A stretch of DNA of 64,000 bases from a virus (Duplodnaviria; Caudoviricetes). Position 1 is the stretch's first letter. Every line of letters starts with the position of its first letter. Location of the stretch: the IMG/VR virus record IMGVR_UViG_3300021256_000056, positions 32,001 through 96,000 of that record; one strand, 5' to 3'. The translations under genes were made by a program, and so were the position numbers. The notes below the pieces were generated by a model. It did no database searches, had not been told where the DNA came from, and was given only the letters and a program-made list of their open reading frames with translations. Below, piece by piece: positions 57,636 through 64,000 of the stretch.

Positions 57636-59147
57636 ATGGCAATAGTTACAAACTCTAATCAAATTAAATACGGTGGACCTAAGTACCTTGACCCAAAGCA
57701 TGACCCCGTTGCAAACGTAGAGAGCCTTCCTAAGAGCCTAAGAGATGTTTTTGAGGGTATGACTCTTACGGTGCTTGACAGTGGAGACGGCACGCCTAAG
57801 GATTATTGGTATATTGGAGGACAGTGGGTTGTTAAGAGTGCTGGAGGTTCTGGTGCTTCTTATACCGCAGGTCAATACATCGACATTACTAATAACGAGA
57901 TTTCGGTTACTGGCATAACCCCCGATGATTATGCTAAGAAAACTGATGTTGCCGCAGATATCGCCACTGCAAAGGCGGGCGCAATTTCTGAAAGCGAAGC
58001 ATGGGTTGAATCTCAGGGTTTCTTAAAAGAGGTTCCTGCAGAATATGCTAAAACGTCCGATGTTGCAACCTCAATTACTGCCTCTGAAAATGAACTGAAA
58101 TCTTGGGTTGGCGAGCAGGATTTCGCAACCGAACGGGATGTTGAGGGGAAAGCCGATGCAACAGCAGTCACCGAAGAGATTGCAGCCGCAATTGCGGATG
58201 AGGTGGCCAGGGCAGAGGCTGAATATGCTAAAGTTGAAGATATTGCAACCGCAATAACGGAAGCACAAGCAGAAGCGGTCAGCGCCGCCACGGCTTGGAC
58301 CGAAGAACAAGGATACTTGAAAGAGATACCTTCACAATATGTAACAGTTTCTGAGCTCAATAACGAAATCAGCGATGCTAAAGATGAAATGTTTAGTGAA
58401 ACGACTGTTTGGGTTGAAGCTCAGGGCTATTTGAAGGAAATACCTTCAAACCTTGCAACCAAAGCCGAAGTTGCTAGTGCTGCCACAGAAGCTGTTGCTG
58501 AAGCCAATGCATATACCGATGCAGCTGTGAGCGCAATAACAGTTCCTGAATATAGTTTAAGTAGTGTAACCCCCACACCAGGCTTTGCGTCTACTTATGG
58601 TCTTATGAAGGACGGAAGCGCAGTTACGGGTTCTGCTCTCATCAATATTCCTGATACTGCGGGTGCAACAATAAAAAGTGCGATTACAACCGACATTACT
58701 ATTGGTTACGTGAGCGCTGGAACTTCGTTTGCTGCTGGCACGACAATTGAATCGATTCTTAGGGCAATATTTATTAACGACAGTCCTGTTGCGGTTGGAT
58801 ATGCTTATTATGGCTCACTTGTAACGCCTCTTGACGAAACGACTGGCATAACCGCCGAGAATATTAAAGCATATTTAAGCCACTCAGAAAGTGCTGCGTC
58901 AACGACTCCTTGGAGATTCCGTGTAAATGAGGGTGATTATCAGATTATTGTTGCTGCGCCATTATCATTCACTCTTGACGATGCGAACGACATAACAAAC
59001 GCCATTCCTTATTATAACGAAATTTCTAATAATGGAGCACCGAAGAAAACCCTAACCATTGACGGTATAGATTATGGCGTTTATTACTGCACCTTCCCCG
59101 TTGAAATGACAAGATTTATGATGGAAATAACACTTATAAACGCTTAA
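57636..59147 (+). CDS. putative tail fibre-like protein with internal repeats
   Basis: WVE.QG(F/Y)LKE.P..YA repeats. Confidence 0.65.
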   Translation: MAIVTNSNQIKYGGPKYLDPKHDPVANVESLPKSLRDVFEGMTLTVLDSGDGTPKDYWYIGGQWVVKSAGGSGASYTAGQYIDITNNEISVTGITPDDYAKKTDVAADIATAKAGAISESEAWVESQGFLKEVPAEYAKTSDVATSITASENELKSWVGEQDFATERDVEGKADATAVTEEIAAAIADEVARAEAEYAKVEDIATAITEAQAEAVSAATAWTEEQGYLKEIPSQYVTVSELNNEISDAKDEMFSETTVWVEAQGYLKEIPSNLATKAEVASAATEAVAEANAYTDAAVSAITVPEYSLSSVTPTPGFASTYGLMKDGSAVTGSALINIPDTAGATIKSAITTDITIGYVSAGTSFAAGTTIESILRAIFINDSPVAVGYAYYGSLVTPLDETTGITAENIKAYLSHSESAASTTPWRFRVNEGDYQIIVAAPLSFTLDDANDITNAIPYYNEISNNGAPKKTLTIDGIDYGVYYCTFPVEMTRFMMEITLINA

Positions 59148-59154
59148 TTGAACT

Positions 59155-59469
59155 ATGGCAAGTTATGTAGAGACTTTTAGAACAAAAATTGGACAGCCCG
59201 CTGTTTATCAAAGATTGAGTAGTAGTCCGCTTGACAGAAGTTCAATGTTTTCTGCTCTCACTGACGCGCAAGAGTATGCCAAGGGTGAGTATATTGCACC
59301 AGGTGAAAGTACTCCTGCACCACACGATAGTAGAAAATTGGCTGGAATGTCATATATTGGGCAAATTATTACCGTCTATGAAAATGACGTGGTAACTGCT
59401 TATCAGATTGATTACAATAGGGAGTTAAAGATGCTCGGCGGCGGAAGCGTCGACTGTGGCGATTATTAA
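59155..59469 (+). CDS. putative virion protein
   Basis: PLDRSS..YIGQIITV..VDCGDY. Confidence 0.6.
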   Translation: MASYVETFRTKIGQPAVYQRLSSSPLDRSSMFSALTDAQEYAKGEYIAPGESTPAPHDSRKLAGMSYIGQIITVYENDVVTAYQIDYNRELKMLGGGSVDCGDY

Positions 59470-59549
59470 TCAAACCTAAACTTAAGGCTGGGGCGGCAAT
59501 TTTTTTGCTGCCCCTTGTTTTTTAAAAAAATTAACACTATCTTTGCGGC

Positions 59550-60182
59550 ATGAGACAAAGAAAGACATATTACGAGGCACTCTTCGAAGAAACGCCCGAA
59601 GAAAAAGCTTTATGGGAAAAAATTGACAAGGAGAGGGCTGACTATGAAAAAACCCCCGCTTATATTGAACACACGAAAAAAATTGAGAAACTTTTTGATG
59701 AACTTAAAAACGCCAAAAAGAAGCATCGTGAAAATGTCCGTCAAAACTATGAGCGCCCAATACGAAAACCCTTAGAGAAAATAACAGAATATAAGCCAAA
59801 ACCAAAACCAAGGCCAGAATCTGTTCAAAAATTACTGGATGCTTATTCTTGTTTAGATAAGCACGAGAAGCAGCTCTTTGGTATTGGCCTGCATGCCCTG
59901 AGTGAGGAGTATAAGGATTATGAAAACCCAATTACAACGAAAAAGGATTTGTCTGAACTTCTTGAAATCCTCGTTCAAACCACAATTGATTTTATCAATG
60001 AGCGCGATTTGACCGATATTTATTCTATTTCATTTGGCGCGGATGATTTGAATACTTCTGCAAAACACGGTGAATGGACTTGTGCTACCGACGCAAGTAT
60101 CTTCGCATATGGCCTTGGTGACGAGGAAATTAATGGGAAAACTGTAAAAGGTTGTCTCCAAAAAATTGGGCATTATATGTAA
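59550..60182 (+). CDS. hypothetical protein
   Basis: ORF with TATCTTTG promoter at 59538. Confidence 0.7.
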   Translation: MRQRKTYYEALFEETPEEKALWEKIDKERADYEKTPAYIEHTKKIEKLFDELKNAKKKHRENVRQNYERPIRKPLEKITEYKPKPKPRPESVQKLLDAYSCLDKHEKQLFGIGLHALSEEYKDYENPITTKKDLSELLEILVQTTIDFINERDLTDIYSISFGADDLNTSAKHGEWTCATDASIFAYGLGDEEINGKTVKGCLQKIGHYM

Positions 60183-60183
60183 T

Positions 60184-60951
60184 ATGGATAAAGATATAAA
60201 ATTGTTAATAGTTCCTGACGTACACGGCAGAGATTTTTGGAAAGCCCCTGTGAAAGAAAATCTTGACAAAGAGATTATCTTTCTTGGGGATTATCTCGAC
60301 CCATACCAGAGTGAGGGTATTTATCCTCGGGATGCTCTCGTAATGTTTTACGAAATTCTTGAGCTTGCTAAAACGCATTCAAATATTGCGCTGCTTCTTG
60401 GTAATCATGACGCTGGCTACTGTCTCAGTCCTAGAATTTGTGAATGCCGCCATGATTGGGAAAACCATGAGGAAATACGTCAACTATTCGAGAATAACCT
60501 CGATTTATTTAATCTTGCTGAGAAACGTGTTATAAATAGAAAACACTTCCTATTCACGCATGCGGGAGTAAACCCCGCATGGGTCCAATATGAACCTTTT
60601 TTCGGAGGAAGAATCAAACCAACAGCAAAACAGTTAAACCGTTTACTTCATAATCCTCAGGATGCTGATTTTCGTGGTTTGGTTAGAGCGCTCGAAACAG
60701 TATCCTATTATCGTGGGGGCTATGAGGGGTATGGGAGTTTGCTTTGGGCCGATGTTCGTGAATTTTATAAAAATAATGAGATTCGAAACAAAAAAACAAT
60801 TCAAGTTGTTGGGCACACCATGTTAAATAATGTTGCCTTGCGATTTGGTGATATTTTTTACTGTTTGGACTGTCAGCAAGTATTCTATATTGATAATAAA
60901 GGAATAATAAGGTATTATAATACCGATGATGAAATCACTAAAGTTAAATGA
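60184..60951 (+). CDS. calcineurin-like metallophosphoesterase
   Basis: PDVHGR, LGDYLD, GNHD, THAG, VGHT. Confidence 0.88.
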   Translation: MDKDIKLLIVPDVHGRDFWKAPVKENLDKEIIFLGDYLDPYQSEGIYPRDALVMFYEILELAKTHSNIALLLGNHDAGYCLSPRICECRHDWENHEEIRQLFENNLDLFNLAEKRVINRKHFLFTHAGVNPAWVQYEPFFGGRIKPTAKQLNRLLHNPQDADFRGLVRALETVSYYRGGYEGYGSLLWADVREFYKNNEIRNKKTIQVVGHTMLNNVALRFGDIFYCLDCQQVFYIDNKGIIRYYNTDDEITKVK

Positions 60952-61145
60952 AACCATTTGATAGTCCATCATTAACAGGGTTCACTTCTCGCTGGGGGCG
61001 CCAATGCTGGGAAGAAGCATTTGCTATAGAAGAATACAGTAACTCCTATTACGACATAGTATATAGTGGTTTTGGGTTTTTATATGGCAACAACTTTTAC
61101 AAGGTTACACGCCATGAGGCAAGAAGTGATTTTAAAAATGAATAA
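60948..61145 (+). CDS. hypothetical protein
   Basis: ORF track, coupled. Confidence 0.5.
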   Translation: MKPFDSPSLTGFTSRWGRQCWEEAFAIEEYSNSYYDIVYSGFGFLYGNNFYKVTRHEARSDFKNE

Positions 61146-61168
61146 AAGGGACTCTTGTGAGCCCCTTT

Positions 61169-61927
61169 TTATGTATTTGTCGAAATTCTTGTGACTTTTC
61201 TTCTATCCCATCCTGTAAAGGCGCAGAGCTCATCGATGATTTTTGTGGTTCTTAAAGACTTACCAAAATAGCCTCCAGTAAAGTAAATTTGTTTATATTT
61301 ATCCCTGGTTGCCCACTCTTGAAGAAGATTATAAAATCTAATGGCGTCTCCCCTTGTTTTACAAATAACCAAGTTGATGCCAGCATAATCATCCTTTATT
61401 ATTAACTTATTATTATAAACAGATACGCGTTTTATGTCATATCTTCCATTTATTTGGTTTATAAGCAAATTTTCATATACCCATGAAAAAGTTTTTCTTG
61501 AAACTCTTGGGTCATAACCATATACCCAAAAAGTTTCTTCTTCCTGAAATTTGAATTTATCAAGAATAGCCCACCTCTCGCTACTTGTTTTATGCTCGAC
61601 CAATTTACCATAATCATTCCTTAAGAGCGAAGTCTTTAATTCGCCGTGTGTTTTTTCAAGTATGAGATACTCATCGACGGAATCTTCGACCTTTCTTCCT
61701 GTTATTGATTTTCTTGGAAAAACAACTTTTTTACTTTCTTCGAGAAGTTTATTAACTTCCTCATATGCCTTTTCTATTGAAGGAAAGCTCCCGATATAGC
61801 CAGTTTGTTTTCCGTTTCTGCAGGAAATAATCTTATAATTCCACCTATTATAGCCTTTGTATATCTTTGGCGGTAATTTCTTCTTGGGGCCTCTTTTTTT
61901 CTTCCTCCCCCTCTTTTTCTTCGTCAT
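61169..61927 (-). CDS. basic hypothetical protein
   Basis: Start MTKKKRGRKK. Confidence 0.7.
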   Translation of the reverse strand: MTKKKRGRKKKRGPKKKLPPKIYKGYNRWNYKIISCRNGKQTGYIGSFPSIEKAYEEVNKLLEESKKVVFPRKSITGRKVEDSVDEYLILEKTHGELKTSLLRNDYGKLVEHKTSSERWAILDKFKFQEEETFWVYGYDPRVSRKTFSWVYENLLINQINGRYDIKRVSVYNNKLIIKDDYAGINLVICKTRGDAIRFYNLLQEWATRDKYKQIYFTGGYFGKSLRTTKIIDELCAFTGWDRRKVTRISTNT

Positions 61928-62013
61928 AATTTTGCTTTCTCCAAATTCTTTTGTACATTTGTACGTACTTATTAAAAAATAACGTTTTTTAACTAACAAA
62001 TCAATATATTAGT

Positions 62014-62490
62014 ATGAATAGAAAACTTACTGAAGCTAGCCAGGAGTATGTTGACCTGGTAAAATCTGTTGCTGAGGAAATCGGTATTGGACGTTATGTC
62101 GAGATGAACGTTTTCAACATGATTAAGTCATCTAAGGATGTTATCAAGGTTAAGAAGACCTCCGAACCCCTCGAGGTTAAACTCGACGGCGAGGATATGA
62201 TTGACGTCTATATCTACGAAGAGGCGTTCGACCTTGTGGAAGAATCCACCAAGAGGTTCTGGATTGAAAACGCCCTCTGCCAGGTCGCCTACGACATGGA
62301 AAAGGGTAGAGTTATTATCGGTAAGGAACCGACCATTACCGCACCCCTCGGCATCCTTAATAAGTATAAGGATGAAGCCGTTAGGCAGTTGGAACTTGCC
62401 AGCCTGACGGTTCAACAAATAAATGATGCCCTGAAACAGAAAAAAAAGGAAGAACGGCAGTCTAAGAAGAAAGAGAAAAAAAATCAATAA
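62014..62490 (+). CDS. hypothetical protein (possibly phage metallopeptidase-like, catalytic His residues absent)
   Basis: ORF track. Confidence 0.55.
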   Translation: MNRKLTEASQEYVDLVKSVAEEIGIGRYVEMNVFNMIKSSKDVIKVKKTSEPLEVKLDGEDMIDVYIYEEAFDLVEESTKRFWIENALCQVAYDMEKGRVIIGKEPTITAPLGILNKYKDEAVRQLELASLTVQQINDALKQKKKEERQSKKKEKKNQ

Positions 62491-62523
62491 ACAAAAAGCG
62501 ACACCCTTGGTGCCGCTTTTATC

Positions 62524-64000
62524 TTAAGTTAGTGGTAGTGGTGAAAATCCATCTCTATCAACTTTAAAACCTTTATTATTAATGTTGGTTGCCGTTATTC
62601 CTGTGTCGGTCATTTCGAGAGTATAGCCACCAACGGTTACCCTAAAATTGGTGTTACCATTATTATCCAAATAATATTGCAATAAATTTGTACCAATTGT
62701 CTTAACCTCGATTCCGTTGGAGCCAATTACCACGGTGGGGTAAGCTGACTCGGGTGTTATATCTCGCCTTATTGTAAATGGGTAGCTACTTAATTGTATT
62801 GACGTGGATGCGCTAGCCTCTCCGCCTTCACCATATAACTCCACTGCACCCACTGTTGCGCGTATTGACACCGTAATAGTAATCTTTCCATCACTTATTT
62901 CCTCAAATTTTGCCTTTAACGGAATCGAAAACGACTTGCTCGTAAAATTACTGATACTACCTACTACTACATTATTTAACTTGATTGTTCCTTCTGTTTG
63001 TCCAGTAACATTTTGACCCTCGGAGTTAAAAGTGCTTCCAATACGTATCTCGGGGTCACTTCCGCTCATCCACAAATCTCCGCTTTCTTTATAAAGCGAG
63101 TATTCCCAGTAAAGTGAGACGTGCCCTGTTTCACCGCTATATTCTCCGCGCCACTTATAGGCTACAGCCGTATTCGATATCCATGTACCTTGTCTGGATA
63201 ATTCCCCGCTTCTTGAACCGATTTCTGCGCCTTGTACCCAATTTTCGTTTACCATTCCGCCTATGGTATTTGTTATTGACGTAGTTGAGGCTGTGGTTAT
63301 TCCCACCTTTCCTGATGAAATATTTATTACAGCCCTTGAATTTCTATCATTTAAGCGCAAATAATTGTCATTTTTTAATGTAATATTACCGTCCAGTGTT
63401 GCATTATTAATGCTGGCATTATTCATGTTTGCATTTTGTGATACAAAATTTCCGCTTGTGTCGACAACAAAGTTACCATTACCAATTGAAAGTGAACCAC
63501 CGTTGATTGTTGCACCTGTAATTATACCACCATAAATATTACTACCTGTTATGGTACCTTTTATTTCTGCACTATTTGTTTTTATGTGTCCGTCTTCATA
63601 TATAATAGTGTTGGCAGATACGCTGACTCGGCTTTCGGGCCCCTCATTTTTAATCCTTATTATTTCCCAATCGCTGAAAACAGCTCCGTCTTCCGATGTT
63701 GTCGTCGCCATCCATATAGCCTCGGCTCCTAAAAATTCTAGTGGCGTATGGAACCAGTTACTCTCTGCCGCTTCGGCCCACCAATCATTTATGAAATCGT
63801 TGGCTGCAGCTTCATTAAAATTGGGTGGTATTGGGGAATAGTCTTCAAGCCAACAAAATATACTACACCTATACCCCGCGCTACCAGTCTGCCAGGTTTT
63901 CTGAATGGCTGGCCAAGAGGCGCCTCCTGTAGTCCTATCATCTCCGTAGAAAGTTTTATTTGTAACATATACTATTACTTCATTAACGTCCACGGCTTCA
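62524..64000 (-). CDS. tail/baseplate-associated protein (5' end off window)
   Basis: G.ITGS.I.GG.ITGATINGG beta-helix-like repeats. Confidence 0.6.
   Translation of the reverse strand, partial: EAVDVNEVIVYVTNKTFYGDDRTTGGASWPAIQKTWQTGSAGYRCSIFCWLEDYSPIPPNFNEAAANDFINDWWAEAAESNWFHTPLEFLGAEAIWMATTTSEDGAVFSDWEIIRIKNEGPESRVSVSANTIIYEDGHIKTNSAEIKGTITGSNIYGGIITGATINGGSLSIGNGNFVVDTSGNFVSQNANMNNASINNATLDGNITLKNDNYLRLNDRNSRAVINISSGKVGITTASTTSITNTIGGMVNENWVQGAEIGSRSGELSRQGTWISNTAVAYKWRGEYSGETGHVSLYWEYSLYKESGDLWMSGSDPEIRIGSTFNSEGQNVTGQTEGTIKLNNVVVGSISNFTSKSFSIPLKAKFEEISDGKITITVSIRATVGAVELYGEGGEASASTSIQLSSYPFTIRRDITPESAYPTVVIGSNGIEVKTIGTNLLQYYLDNNGNTNFRVTVGGYTLEMTDTGITATNINNKGFKVDRDGFSPLPLT

Noticed and set aside
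32884-63841. Antisense ORFs within large genes
   Set aside because: Shadow frames of real CDSs
1-64000. Genome-wide TAG recoding (Lak-like code 15)
   Set aside because: Long genes are intact in the standard code and several end at TAG in plausible positions

Overview
Segment of a jumbo/megaphage genome, most likely infecting a Bacteroidota host. Host evidence: TAnnTTTG promoters, a GNNTYAIAA tmRNA tag and BspA-type LRRs. The standard genetic code fits. Layout: (1) 1-6 kb, accessory genes including RmlC, RNA end-healing domains and a radical SAM enzyme. (2) 6-28.3 kb, a minus-strand RNA island with about 40 tRNA genes covering all 20 amino acids, a tmRNA, an amber-suppressor-like tRNA, free-standing HNH endonucleases, many aberrant tRNA-like RNAs and 2-3 large ORF-free structured RNAs. 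(3) 28-64 kb, ThyX, ClpP, SbcCD-like nuclease, primase, sigma factor, RuvC-like protein and virion/tail proteins. Main discovery candidate: about 12 RNAs share a short helix plus an ACAGCAA motif placed 10-26 nt 5' of a tRNA anticodon loop. It occurs as precise 44-51 nt inserts at position 29/30 of otherwise perfect tRNAs, as a circularly permuted tRNA, and as minimal stand-alone anticodon stem-loop RNAs, suggesting an anticodon-nuclease decoy/sensor system or a new tRNA intron class. Also notable: four tRNAs split by group I introns (Lys-UUU and Leu-UAG look like unusual host sites), a tRNA-like gene nested inside tRNA-fMet, and an amber-containing uORF upstream of a Pth2-like gene and a CUA-anticodon tRNA. 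All calls are by eye; no database search was run.
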